Positions 48,736 through 57,605 of a stretch of DNA of 61,470 nt are shown in pieces. The notes under the pieces were generated by a model. The model saw only the letters and a program-made list of their open reading frames with translations, was not told the DNA's origin and did no database searches. How positions within the stretch are numbered: the stretch's first letter is position 1; each line of letters begins with the position of its first letter. The DNA is taken from the NCBI GenBank assembly GCA_017553285.1, contig JAFZMK010000085.1, forward strand, positions 1 to 61,470. Reading direction: 5' to 3'. The translations under genes and the position numbers were made by a program. The DNA is from Rhodocyclaceae bacterium. Lineage in GTDB: Bacteria; Pseudomonadota; Gammaproteobacteria; Burkholderiales; Rhodocyclaceae.

Positions 48736-49407
48736 TCAGGCGCGCGCTGCGGGCAGCAGGGCGGCAAGATGACGGCAGAGCACGGGGGCGAGTTCGGGCG
48801 GCGAGACGGCGATGCCTTGCGCGGCCAGCGAGGTGGTGACCAGACCGGGGTAGCCGCAGGGGTTGATGCGACTAAAAGGGGTCAAATCCAGGTCGCAGTT
48901 GATTGCCAGCCCGTGATAGGCGACGCCTTGCCGGATGCGCAGACCGAGGGCGGCGATTTTGCTGCCGTCGGGCAGATAGACGCCGGGCGCGCCGTCCTTG
49001 CGGCAGCCGTTCAGCCCGCAGGTTGCCAGCGTCTGAATGATGGCTTCTTCCAGCAAATGCACCAGTTCGCGCACTTTGATGGCGCGCCGTGGCAGGTGCA
49101 GCAGGGTGTAGCAGACGAGCTGGCCGGGGCCGTGGTAGGTGATTTGCCCGCCACGGTCGATGGGGATGAGGGGGATGTTCGGGTCGGGGGCAAGCAGGTG
49201 TTCGCGCTTGCCCGCCTGACCGAGGGTGTAGACCGGCGGGTGTTGCAGCAGCCAGAGTTCGTCGTCGGCATCATCTGCGCGCGTGCGCACAAAATCCTGC
49301 ATCGCAGCCAGCGCGGGAAGGTAGGGGACGAGGCCGGGGAAATGGCGCTGCACCAGCAGTGGCGCCAGCGCCGTGGCAGGCGGCAGCGGCAGCGCCGGGA
49401 CGGTCAT
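48736..49407 (-). CDS. lipB: Octanoyltransferase
   Basis: LWLLQHPPVYTLGQAGK...IDRGGQITYHGPGQLVCY...KIAALGLRI. Confidence 0.93.
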   Translation of the reverse strand: MTVPALPLPPATALAPLLVQRHFPGLVPYLPALAAMQDFVRTRADDADDELWLLQHPPVYTLGQAGKREHLLAPDPNIPLIPIDRGGQITYHGPGQLVCYTLLHLPRRAIKVRELVHLLEEAIIQTLATCGLNGCRKDGAPGVYLPDGSKIAALGLRIRQGVAYHGLAINCDLDLTPFSRINPCGYPGLVTTSLAAQGIAVSPPELAPVLCRHLAALLPAARA

Positions 49408-49673
49408 AACACGATTTTGACCATCGGGTGCGCGACCAGCGCGCGGTAGAGGCCGTCGAGCTGTTGCTGCGAGGTGGCGCGGATGGTGCAGGTCAGCGAT
49501 AGGTAGTTGCCCTTGGCCGAGGGGCGCATTTCGATGCCGGCGGGGTCGAAGTCGGGGGCGTGTTCGGCGACCAGCGCGGCGATGGTCTGGGCGAATTCGT
49601 CGTGGCGCGCGCCCATGACCTTGAGCGGGAAATCGCAGGGAAATTCCAGCAGGGTGGGGCGCGCCTGGCTCAT
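49404..49673 (-). CDS. ybeD: YbeD/DUF493 family protein
   Basis: ATG at 49673. LLEFPCDFPLKVMG...Y.S.T.....S..QLD.LY..L..HP.VK..L. ATGA overlap with lipB. Confidence 0.85.
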   Translation of the reverse strand: MSQARPTLLEFPCDFPLKVMGARHDEFAQTIAALVAEHAPDFDPAGIEMRPSAKGNYLSLTCTIRATSQQQLDGLYRALVAHPMVKIVL

Positions 49674-49683
49674 GCGGGCGCTC

Positions 49684-50826
49684 TTACAGGGATTTGAACC
49701 ACATGATGAGCGAATCCCACAGGCGACCAAACCAGCCGGCGAGTTCGACTTCGTTGAGCGCCACCACCGGCCAGGAGCCGATGGTTTGCCCGTCCAGCGT
49801 GAGGGTGAGCGTGCCGATTTCCTGCCCCTTGCGAATCGGGGCGAGCACGGGCTGTACGCTGGTCAGACGCGGTTGCAGCTTGGCGGCTTCGCCCTTGGGC
49901 AGGGCGAGAATCAGCGGTTTTTCAAACCCGGCGGCCACTTCGTTGGTCGCCCCTTTCCAGACCTGAAAACGCGCCAGAGGCTGGTCAGCGTCATAGACCT
50001 TGGCGGCTTCGTAGAACTGGAAGCCATAGTTGAGCAGTTTGAGCGATTCTTGCGCGCGGACGTTTTCGCTGCTGGTGCCCAGCAACACCGAAATCATGCG
50101 GTGATTGTTGCGGTTGGCGGAGGCGACCAGACAATAACCGGCGCTGTTGGTGTGACCGGTCTTCATGCCGTCGACGGTGGCATCGCGCCACAGCAGCAGG
50201 TTGCGGTTGGGCTGGGTGATTTTGTTGTAAGTAAATGATTTTTCGGAATAATATTTGTAGCCTTCGGGATAGTCGCGAATGATGGCGGCGGCCAGTTTGG
50301 CGAGATCTTTCGCGGTGGTGTAGAGCTGCGGGTCAGGCAGACCGTTGGCGTTGGTGTAGTGGGTGTTTTCCAGCCCCAGACGCTTGGCACCCTGGTTCAT
50401 GAGGTGCACGAAGGCTTCTTCGGTGCCGGCGACCAGTTCGGCCAGCGCCACGCAGGCATCGTTGCCGGACTGGATAATCATGCCACGGATGAGTTGCTCG
50501 ACCGTCACCGGCATTCCGGGCTTGATGAACATGCGCGAGCCTTCCTGCCGCCAGGCGTGTTCGGAAACATCCACCTGCTGGTCGAGCTTGATTTTGCCTT
50601 CCTTGAGCGCGCCAAAGACGATGTAGGCGGTCATCAGCTTGGTGAGCGAGGCAGGTTCCAGCCGCTCATCGCCTTTTTCGGTGACGAGAAACTGGTTCGT
50701 CGTCTGGTCGTACAACACCCAGGCTTTGGCCGCCAGCGTCGGCGGCGGCACTTGCGCGGCAGCAGCGGCGCAGGAAAAGAGGGCAAACAGCGAGGCGAGG
50801 ATCAGGCGCTTGAAAACAGCAATCAT
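49684..50826 (-). CDS. dacC: D-alanyl-D-alanine carboxypeptidase (PBP5/6 class)
   Basis: ATG at 50826. Signal peptide, then SxxK in EPASLTKLMTAY, SGN in IIQSGNDA, KTG in MKTGHTNSAG. Confidence 0.9.
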   Translation of the reverse strand: MIAVFKRLILASLFALFSCAAAAAQVPPPTLAAKAWVLYDQTTNQFLVTEKGDERLEPASLTKLMTAYIVFGALKEGKIKLDQQVDVSEHAWRQEGSRMFIKPGMPVTVEQLIRGMIIQSGNDACVALAELVAGTEEAFVHLMNQGAKRLGLENTHYTNANGLPDPQLYTTAKDLAKLAAAIIRDYPEGYKYYSEKSFTYNKITQPNRNLLLWRDATVDGMKTGHTNSAGYCLVASANRNNHRMISVLLGTSSENVRAQESLKLLNYGFQFYEAAKVYDADQPLARFQVWKGATNEVAAGFEKPLILALPKGEAAKLQPRLTSVQPVLAPIRKGQEIGTLTLTLDGQTIGSWPVVALNEVELAGWFGRLWDSLIMWFKSL

Positions 50827-50882
50827 GGCGGATGGTCGTCGGTTCAGAAAAAGGCGCAATGATAACGCGATTGGCGCGCAGC

Positions 50883-50975
50883 TCAACGCACAACAACGAA
50901 TGGTTGCAAACCCAGCGTCTGGCCGATGGAGGGAATATGCACGTGCGTGTGTACGCTGGCTTGTTCGGTGCGTAC
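50883..50975 (-). pseudogene. Orphan relic copy of the rlpA 3' end (last 30 codons plus stop, with a 13-codon deletion)
   Basis: Translates VRTEQASVHTHVHIPSIGQTLGLQPFVVVR*. The end of functional RlpA (52630-52761) reads VRTEQAGANTRVQVGPFASRDEALRHLPTIGQTLDLQPFMVER*. Confidence 0.75.
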
Positions 50976-51040
50976 CATTATGAACGAACGCGCCCCGGGC
51001 AAGGATGCCCGCAAACTGCGTTTTGTGATTGAGTAAGCCC

Positions 51041-52570
51041 ATGACGGAAGACGAACTCCTGCAAATTCTCGCGCGTGGTGAAGACAGCCAGCACCAGTTC
51101 AAACGCGACTTCAACAACGCCGATGCGCTGGCGGCAGAGCTGGCGGCGCTGGCCAATAGCGTTGGCGGTCAGATTTTGATTGGCGTTGCGGACGATGGCC
51201 AGCCCGTCGGGCTGACGCCGCAAGATATTGCCCGCCTGAATCAACTGCTGTCCAACGCGGCCAGCCAGCATGTGCGCCCGCCCATCAGCCCGAACAGCCA
51301 AAACATTCACACCGACCAGGGGCTGGTTTTGCTGGTCGATGTGCCGCTGGGTCTCAACAAGCCTTATATGGACTTGCAAGGGCGCGTGTGGGTAAAACAT
51401 GGTGCCGACAAGCGCCATGTGACCGCCCGCGAAGAGTTGCAGCGCATGTTTCAGCAGTCTGGTCTGCTGCAAGCCGATCAGGTGCCCGTGCGCAATACGA
51501 CGTGGGATGACATTGATGAGCGCGCGTTCGCCCGCTATGTCGAGCGCCGCTTCAAAGACGGGCAGCACGCGCTGCCGCTGTCCAACGTGTTTGAAAACCT
51601 GCAACTGGCCAGCGACGGCGTGCCCAATCTCGCGGGCATGTTGTTGTTTGGCAAATACCCCGAACGGCATTTGCACGTTTGCATGATTACTGCGGTTTGC
51701 TTTCCGGGCGTCAAACTCTCGGATAGCCGCTACCTTGATAGCGAAAACATCCAGGGCACGCTGGAAGAGCAGTTTCAACGCGGCATGGGTTTTATCAAGC
51801 GCAATCTGCACCATGTGCAAGGCGCGCAAGGCTTCAACAGCGTGGGCTTGCTGGAAATTCCCGAAGAAGCATTCGTTGAACTGCTGGTCAATGCGCTGGT
51901 GCATCGGGATTTTTTTACCAATGCCACGGTTCGCCTGCTTATTTTTGCTGACCGGGTCGAAATTATCAGCCCCGGTGCGCTGCCCGACAGTTTGACGCGC
52001 GAACAAATCCTTGCAGGGCGCTCCAACCGCCGCAACAAGGTGCTGGCCGAGCACGCCGCCCACATCCTGCCCTATCGCGGTCTGGGCACCGGCATTCCCC
52101 GCGCATTGGGCGTCTGGCCGAGAATTGAGCTGATTGATGAACCCGAAGGCAATCAGTTCAAAGCCGTACTGTGGCGAACGGATACCGGGCAAGTCACCGG
52201 GCAAGTCAGCGAACAGCCAGAGTCGAAGCCAGAGTTACAGCCAGAGTCACAGCCAGAGTCACAGCAAGAGCCGCAGCCAGAGCGGCATCCAGAGCCTCAG
52301 TTAGAGCCAGAGTCGCAGCCAGAGTCGCAACCGGAACGGGTGCTGAGGCTGCTGGAATCCAGCGAGATGGGCAAGGCGGAAATTTCGTTGGCTTTGGGGC
52401 AACGCGAGGTTTCGGGTTCGCTCAACAAGACTATCCGTCAATTGCTGGCGCTCAGACAGATAGAAATGACCCGACCAGACGCGCCAAACAGCCGTTTGCA
52501 GAAATACCGCATCACGGACTATGGGCGGGCGTTGCTGGCCAGCAAAAACAACACCAAGCCAGAGCGCTGA
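51041..52570 (+). CDS. AlbA_2 (Schlafen-like 'divergent AAA') + HATPase_c_4 (RecG C-terminal-like) + C-terminal wHTH-like protein, function unknown
   Basis: ATG at 51041 (the track start at 51029 is a TTG). EDSQHQFKRDF...LAALANSVGGQILIGVADDG is the AlbA_2 pattern. EAFVELLVNALVHRDF...IFADRVEIISPGALP is the HATPase_c_4 pattern. A PE/SQ repeat linker follows, then a basic tail. Confidence 0.75.
   Translation: MTEDELLQILARGEDSQHQFKRDFNNADALAAELAALANSVGGQILIGVADDGQPVGLTPQDIARLNQLLSNAASQHVRPPISPNSQNIHTDQGLVLLVDVPLGLNKPYMDLQGRVWVKHGADKRHVTAREELQRMFQQSGLLQADQVPVRNTTWDDIDERAFARYVERRFKDGQHALPLSNVFENLQLASDGVPNLAGMLLFGKYPERHLHVCMITAVCFPGVKLSDSRYLDSENIQGTLEEQFQRGMGFIKRNLHHVQGAQGFNSVGLLEIPEEAFVELLVNALVHRDFFTNATVRLLIFADRVEIISPGALPDSLTREQILAGRSNRRNKVLAEHAAHILPYRGLGTGIPRALGVWPRIELIDEPEGNQFKAVLWRTDTGQVTGQVSEQPESKPELQPESQPESQQEPQPERHPEPQLEPESQPESQPERVLRLLESSEMGKAEISLALGQREVSGSLNKTIRQLLALRQIEMTRPDAPNSRLQKYRITDYGRALLASKNNTKPER
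52214..52336 (+). repeat. In-frame tandem repeat (unit about cagccagagtcR) encoding QPESKPELQPESQPESQQEPQPERHPEPQLEPESQPESQPE
   Basis: Read directly from the sequence. It is a coding low-complexity linker, not a CRISPR array. Confidence 0.9.
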
Positions 52571-52629
52571 ACCAAGCCCGCAATCGCGGCACCGGCGCGG
52601 TTTGCGTTGCGCGTTTGCGCGGGGCGCGC

Positions 52630-53973
52630 TTAGCGTTCGACCATAAATGGTTGCAAATCCAGTGTCTGGCCGATGGTGGGCAGGTGACGCAGGGCTTCGT
52701 CGCGGCTGGCGAAGGGGCCGACTTGTACGCGCGTGTTGGCACCGGCTTGTTCGGTGCGCACGAGGCTGGCCAGTGCGCCCAGCGATGCGCGGGCGCGGTT
52801 GGCGAGCGCTTGCGCGGCTTCGGGCGAGGAGAAGGCGCCCAACTGGATAAACGTGCCGCCTTGCGCGGCGGGCAGTGCTGCGCCCGCCATGCCCGCCATC
52901 GACGGGGCAGGCGGGGTGTAGGGCACCGGTGGGGCGGCTGGCGCGGGCGGGGTGATGGGGGTGAGTGAGACCGCCGAGGGTGCGCTGGATACGGCAGGCG
53001 CGGGGGATTCCGGCGGCAAGGTGGTGATCTGGAGGGACTGCGGCGCGTCTGCCGGGGCATTCATCGGCGCGGGCGCGGGGATGGGCGGCGCGATGGGGGT
53101 AGGCGCAACCGGCGCGTTCATAACCGGCGCGGCGGGGGCGGTGGCGGGCAGGGTGGTGGTGCGGATGGAGCTGGGTGCAGCGGCAGTGGTTTCTTCCTGC
53201 GGCAAGGTGGCGGCGATAAAGGGGGCGTCTGCCAGCGGGTCGTCCGCCGCGCCCAGGGGTTCGATTTCGATGCTGGCAGGCGGACGGGTAGGGGTGGGCG
53301 GCAGCGAGGCGATGAAGGGGTCGGGCGGCGGGGCGACGGGCGCGGGCTGCGCTGTGCCGACGCTGCGCCCGGCGTTGTTGGCGAGGCGGATTTCGTCGGG
53401 CAGGATGGCTTCGACTTCCACCGGCGCGCTGCCGCTGTTGACGTAGCCGAGGCGGTAGGCGGCAACATAGGACAAGTCCATGATGCGGCTGTGCAGGAAG
53501 GGTCCCCGGTCATTGACGCGCACCACAACGCTGCGCCCGTTGTTGAGGTTGGTCACACGGGCGTAACTGGGCAGCGGCAAGGTGGGGTGGGCGGCGGTCA
53601 TGGCGAACATGTCGTAAGGCTCGCCGCTGGAGGTGGCTTTGCCGTGAAACTTTTTGCCGTACCAGCTTGCCGTGCCGCGTTCGCGGTAGGGGCGAAAATC
53701 GGTGAAGGGCACAAAGTGCTGCCCCATTACGGTGTAGGGGCGCAGGGTGTTGCGGTTGAGCGGTTCGATGCGCGGCACGGCATCGGGCACTTTGTCGAGA
53801 TCGACGGGGATGTAGTCTGCCGGGCCGTCATCCTTGTAGTAACCGCCGCCGCCGCTGCTTTTGCCGCCGCCGGTGCGCGAAGGGGTGCTGCCGCAGGCGG
53901 TGAGCAGGGCTGCGGCCAGCAGCGCCAGAACGGTGGGGTGCAAGAGACGGGTGCGGGCGGCGGCGAAAGTCAT
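52630..53973 (-). CDS. rlpA: Septal ring lytic transglycosylase RlpA (lipoprotein; DPBB + SPOR domains)
   Basis: ATG at 53973. Lipobox LLTAC. DPBB region GTASWYGKKFHGKATSSGEPYD...AHPTLPLPSYARVTNLNNGRSVVVRVNDRGPF. Long Pro/Ala linker. SPOR-like end FIQLGAFSS...RVQVGPF. Confidence 0.9.
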   Translation of the reverse strand: MTFAAARTRLLHPTVLALLAAALLTACGSTPSRTGGGKSSGGGGYYKDDGPADYIPVDLDKVPDAVPRIEPLNRNTLRPYTVMGQHFVPFTDFRPYRERGTASWYGKKFHGKATSSGEPYDMFAMTAAHPTLPLPSYARVTNLNNGRSVVVRVNDRGPFLHSRIMDLSYVAAYRLGYVNSGSAPVEVEAILPDEIRLANNAGRSVGTAQPAPVAPPPDPFIASLPPTPTRPPASIEIEPLGAADDPLADAPFIAATLPQEETTAAAPSSIRTTTLPATAPAAPVMNAPVAPTPIAPPIPAPAPMNAPADAPQSLQITTLPPESPAPAVSSAPSAVSLTPITPPAPAAPPVPYTPPAPSMAGMAGAALPAAQGGTFIQLGAFSSPEAAQALANRARASLGALASLVRTEQAGANTRVQVGPFASRDEALRHLPTIGQTLDLQPFMVER

Positions 53974-53978
53974 GATGG

Positions 53979-55151
53979 CTAACCCTGTGCGATGAGGCGG
54001 CTGTGGTGGCGGATGTTCATCAATAGTCCGACGGCAATGCACAAGGATACAAGAGAAGTGCCGCCATAGCTGATGAAGGGCAGCGGTACGCCTACGACCG
54101 GCAAAATGCCGCTGACCATGCCCATGTTGACGAAGGCGTAGGTGAAGAAAATCATCGTCACCGCGCCTGCCAGCAGTCGCCCGGCAAAGGTGGTGGCGGT
54201 GATGGTGATGGTCATGCCACGACCAATGAGCAGCACGTAGAGCGCAATCAGCACGAGCACGCCAACGAAGCCGAATTCTTCGCACAGCACGGAGAAGATG
54301 AAGTCGGTATGGCGTTCGGGGATGAAGGCCAGGTGGGTTTGCGTGCCTTGCAGCCAGCCTTTGCCCCACATGCCGCCCGAGCCGATGGCGATGGTCGACT
54401 GGATGACGTGAAAACCGCGCCCGAGCGGGTCTTGCGAGGGGTCGAGCAGGGTGCAGATGCGCTGCTTTTGGTATTCGTGCAGCACGACCCAGTCAAATTC
54501 CGGCGCGCAGAGGATGTCGCCAAAGCCGATGATGGCCAGCAGCCCGCCCGCAGCCAGCAGCATCGCCGGGATGATGAGTTTCCAAGATAGCCCGGCGAAA
54601 AAGATGACGTACAGACCGGCGGCGGTGACCAGCAAGGCGGTGCCCAGGTCGGGCTGCATGGCAATGAGACCGACGGGAATGCCCAACAGCACGAAGGCGA
54701 TGAGGAAGTCGTGCGCGCGCAGGGCGTTTTCGCGTTGCTGGAAATACCATGCCAGCGCCAGCGGCACGGCCAGTTTCATCAGTTCGGAAGGCTGGATGCG
54801 CGCCACGCCAATATCCAGCCAGCGCCGCGCGCCTTTGGAAACATCGCCAAAGAGGGCGACGGCAATCAGCAACAGCACACCCAGCAGATAGAGCATCGGC
54901 GAGATGCGCACGATATGGCGCAGCGGAATGACGGCGGTCAGCAGCATCAGCGACAGCGCCAGCGCGATATGGCTTTGCAGCGATTCGACGCGCTCGGGAC
55001 CGGCGCTGACCAGCATGGTCCAGCTAATGGCGAGCAGCGCGAGCACGACACCGAACAGCCACAGGTCAGTCACCCGCACCAGCGTGCGCAGCCACGCCAT
55101 GGGGGTGAAAAAGCGGGTTTCGTCGGAAAAGGGGAGCGTGTTCGGACTCAT
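53979..55151 (-). CDS. mrdB: Peptidoglycan glycosyltransferase RodA (SEDS family)
   Basis: RIQPSELMKLA...GDILCAPEF...TDFIFSVLCEEFGFVG...LPFISYGGTS. Confidence 0.93.
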   Translation of the reverse strand: MSPNTLPFSDETRFFTPMAWLRTLVRVTDLWLFGVVLALLAISWTMLVSAGPERVESLQSHIALALSLMLLTAVIPLRHIVRISPMLYLLGVLLLIAVALFGDVSKGARRWLDIGVARIQPSELMKLAVPLALAWYFQQRENALRAHDFLIAFVLLGIPVGLIAMQPDLGTALLVTAAGLYVIFFAGLSWKLIIPAMLLAAGGLLAIIGFGDILCAPEFDWVVLHEYQKQRICTLLDPSQDPLGRGFHVIQSTIAIGSGGMWGKGWLQGTQTHLAFIPERHTDFIFSVLCEEFGFVGVLVLIALYVLLIGRGMTITITATTFAGRLLAGAVTMIFFTYAFVNMGMVSGILPVVGVPLPFISYGGTSLVSLCIAVGLLMNIRHHSRLIAQG

Positions 55152-57058
55152 TGTGCCGGGGAAGCTGTGGTGGCGGCATCGGCTTCGGCGTCGGTGCTTT
55201 CGGCGGCCTCTTCGCCTTGCGGGCCGAGTAGATGGTAATCCATCACCTGACGGGCAATGGGCGCGGCGGAGACACTGCCGAAGCCGCCGTTTTCTACCAG
55301 TACGGCCAGCACAATCTGCGGGTCTTGCGCGGGGGCAAAGCCGATGAACCAGGAGTGGTCGCGCAGCCGTTCGCTGATGCGCGCGGCGCTGTAGCGCTGA
55401 CCGTGCAGCGAGAAAACCTGCGCGGTGCCGGTTTTGCCGCCCGCCGAGTAGGTGGCACCGCGAAATGCGGTTTTCGCCGTGCCCAGACGGGTCACGTCAG
55501 CCATCGCCTTGAGCACGGTGGTGACGTTGCGTTTGCGCAGTTTGATGGTGCGCATCGGCTCGGCTTCGACGGGGCGGCGCTCGCCGGTGCGCGAGTCGAT
55601 GATGTTTTTGACCAGATGCGGGCGGTACATGACGCCGTAATTGACCAGCGCAGCCAAGGCGTTGGCCATTTGCAGCGGGGTGTAGGCGTTGTAGCCCTGA
55701 CCGATGCCCACCGAGAGCGTCTCGCCGCCAAACCACGCTTGCTGTTCCGGCTTTTTGAAGCGCTTGCGCTTCCATTCCGGCGAGGGCAGCACGCCTTCGG
55801 CTTCGCCGCTGATGTCGATGCCGGTGCGGTGACCAAAGTCAAACGGGCGCATGAACTTGGCAATGGCGTCAATGCCCAGGTCCTGCGCGAGCTGGTAGTA
55901 GAAGATGTTGCAGGAATAGGTGAGACTGATGTGGATGTTGACGCCGGTCTGGCACTTGGATTTGTGGTCGTAATAGGTGTGACCGGCAAAGCTGAAATAG
56001 CCCTGACGGCTGAAATACTGCCCGGGCGCGCGCCGCCCGGTTTCCAGCCCGGCCATTGCCATGAAGGGCTTGAAGGTGGAGCCGGGCGGGTAGGCGCTGT
56101 AAATGGCGCGGTTGAGTAGCGGGTGATCGGGCGAATCCGAGAGCGCGCGCCAACTTTGCGTGGAAATGCCTTCGATGAACTCGTTGGGGTCGAAACTGGG
56201 CAGCGAGACCAGCGCCAGAATGCCGCCGGTTTTCGGGTCGATGGCGACCAGCGCGCCACGGCGCCCGGCGAAGGCGTCTTCGGCGACTTTCTGCAATTCG
56301 ATGTCCAGCGTCAGCTCCAGATCGTTGCCGGGCTGCGCTTCGGTGCTGGAGAGCGAACGCATCGCCCGCCCGCCCGCGTTGATTTCCACCTGTTCAAAGC
56401 CGGTGGTGCCGTGCAGCTCTTTTTCGTAGCTTTCTTCCAGCCCGCTCTTGCCGATGTATTCCGAGCCGCGATAGTTGGCGGTGTCGTCGTTTTCGTTGAT
56501 TTTTTCCAGGTCGCGGTCGTTGATGCGACCAATGTAGCCGATGACGTGGGCGGTGTGGATGCCTTCGGGGTAATCGCGAAACAGCCGCGCCTGCACTTCG
56601 ACGCCGGGAAAACGATAGCGGCGGGCGACGATGCGGGCGACTTCTTCGTCGGTGAGGTGGGTGCGGATGGGCACGCTCTCGAAATATTTGCTGTCCTTGA
56701 GCTGGCGGTAAAAGCGGCGGCGGTCGCGCTCTTCGATGGTCACGATGCGCGAGAGGCGCTCGATGGTGGCATCCATGTTTTTGACCAGCGAAGGGTTGAT
56801 TTCCAGCGTGTAGGCCGAATAGTTGCGCGCCAGCTCGCGCCCCTTGGCATCCCGGATGACGCCCCGGTTGGGCACGATGGGCAGCAGCGCCATGCGGTTG
56901 CCTTCGGCGCGGGCGTGGTAGTGGTCAAAACGCACCACTTGCAGGAAATACAGCCGTGCCACCAGCACGCCGAAACAAATCAGCACGAACAACATCGCCA
57001 CCGTGGCGCGGCGGCGGAAGCGGGCGAGGATTTGGCCGGGGTGCGGAAATTCGGTCAT
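55148..57058 (-). CDS. mrdA: Penicillin-binding protein 2 (elongasome transpeptidase)
   Basis: ATG at 57058. RGVIRDAKGRELA..., SxxK in PPGSTFKPF, SxN-region, KTG in GGKTGTAQ. ATGA overlap with rodA. Confidence 0.93.
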   Translation of the reverse strand: MTEFPHPGQILARFRRRATVAMLFVLICFGVLVARLYFLQVVRFDHYHARAEGNRMALLPIVPNRGVIRDAKGRELARNYSAYTLEINPSLVKNMDATIERLSRIVTIEERDRRRFYRQLKDSKYFESVPIRTHLTDEEVARIVARRYRFPGVEVQARLFRDYPEGIHTAHVIGYIGRINDRDLEKINENDDTANYRGSEYIGKSGLEESYEKELHGTTGFEQVEINAGGRAMRSLSSTEAQPGNDLELTLDIELQKVAEDAFAGRRGALVAIDPKTGGILALVSLPSFDPNEFIEGISTQSWRALSDSPDHPLLNRAIYSAYPPGSTFKPFMAMAGLETGRRAPGQYFSRQGYFSFAGHTYYDHKSKCQTGVNIHISLTYSCNIFYYQLAQDLGIDAIAKFMRPFDFGHRTGIDISGEAEGVLPSPEWKRKRFKKPEQQAWFGGETLSVGIGQGYNAYTPLQMANALAALVNYGVMYRPHLVKNIIDSRTGERRPVEAEPMRTIKLRKRNVTTVLKAMADVTRLGTAKTAFRGATYSAGGKTGTAQVFSLHGQRYSAARISERLRDHSWFIGFAPAQDPQIVLAVLVENGGFGSVSAAPIARQVMDYHLLGPQGEEAAESTDAEADAATTASPAQ

Positions 57059-57071
57059 CGCGGGCGCTCGA

Positions 57072-57593
57072 TCAGATGGGGCGGTTGTCGTCGCGGTCTT
57101 CCGGCTGATACTGCGGCCAGAGCAGCAACAGGCTGAGCGCCGGCCAGAGCAGCGCGCCGGTAATCGGTGCCAAGAAGTAGGTCCAGCCGGGGAAAGAGTC
57201 GCCGGCAATGAGGCGCACGACGGTCATCACCACTTGCGTAATCAGCAACATGGGCAGAATGTGCAGCGCCTGCTGACGGGGCTGGAACCACAGGATGCGG
57301 CGGGAAAAGGTGTGCGCCATGTGGCTGAGCAGCACGTAGGCCAGCGCGTATTGCCCCATCGCCACGCCGTGACCGATGTCGACGAGCAGACCGAGCAGGA
57401 AGGCTTTGTCCAGCCCGACGTATTGCGGCTGGCGGATGCTCCAGAAACACAGCGTCAGTGCCATCCAGTCCGGCCAGCCAGACAGGCGGCTGACGGGCAC
57501 ATAGCTGAGGATGAGCGCCACGATCAGGCTGAGGTCGATGAACCAGGGCTGCGCCGGGCGAAGGATGCGGTCAGAAAGGTTGGTCGATTGCAT
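57072..57593 (-). CDS. mreD: Rod shape-determining protein MreD
   Basis: 173-aa polytopic protein between mreC and mrdA. PDWMALTLCFWS...GLLVDIGHG..MGQYAL. Confidence 0.85.
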   Translation of the reverse strand: MQSTNLSDRILRPAQPWFIDLSLIVALILSYVPVSRLSGWPDWMALTLCFWSIRQPQYVGLDKAFLLGLLVDIGHGVAMGQYALAYVLLSHMAHTFSRRILWFQPRQQALHILPMLLITQVVMTVVRLIAGDSFPGWTYFLAPITGALLWPALSLLLLWPQYQPEDRDDNRPI

Positions 57594-57605
57594 GATGGCG
57601 GAATC

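Noticed and set aside
52214-52336. Regular short repeats that could be taken for a CRISPR array. The same applies to the repeats at about 57610-57910.
   Set aside because: The units are 9-12 nt, contiguous without spacers and in frame inside coding sequences (PE/SQ linker, MreC KD tail). No cas genes are present.
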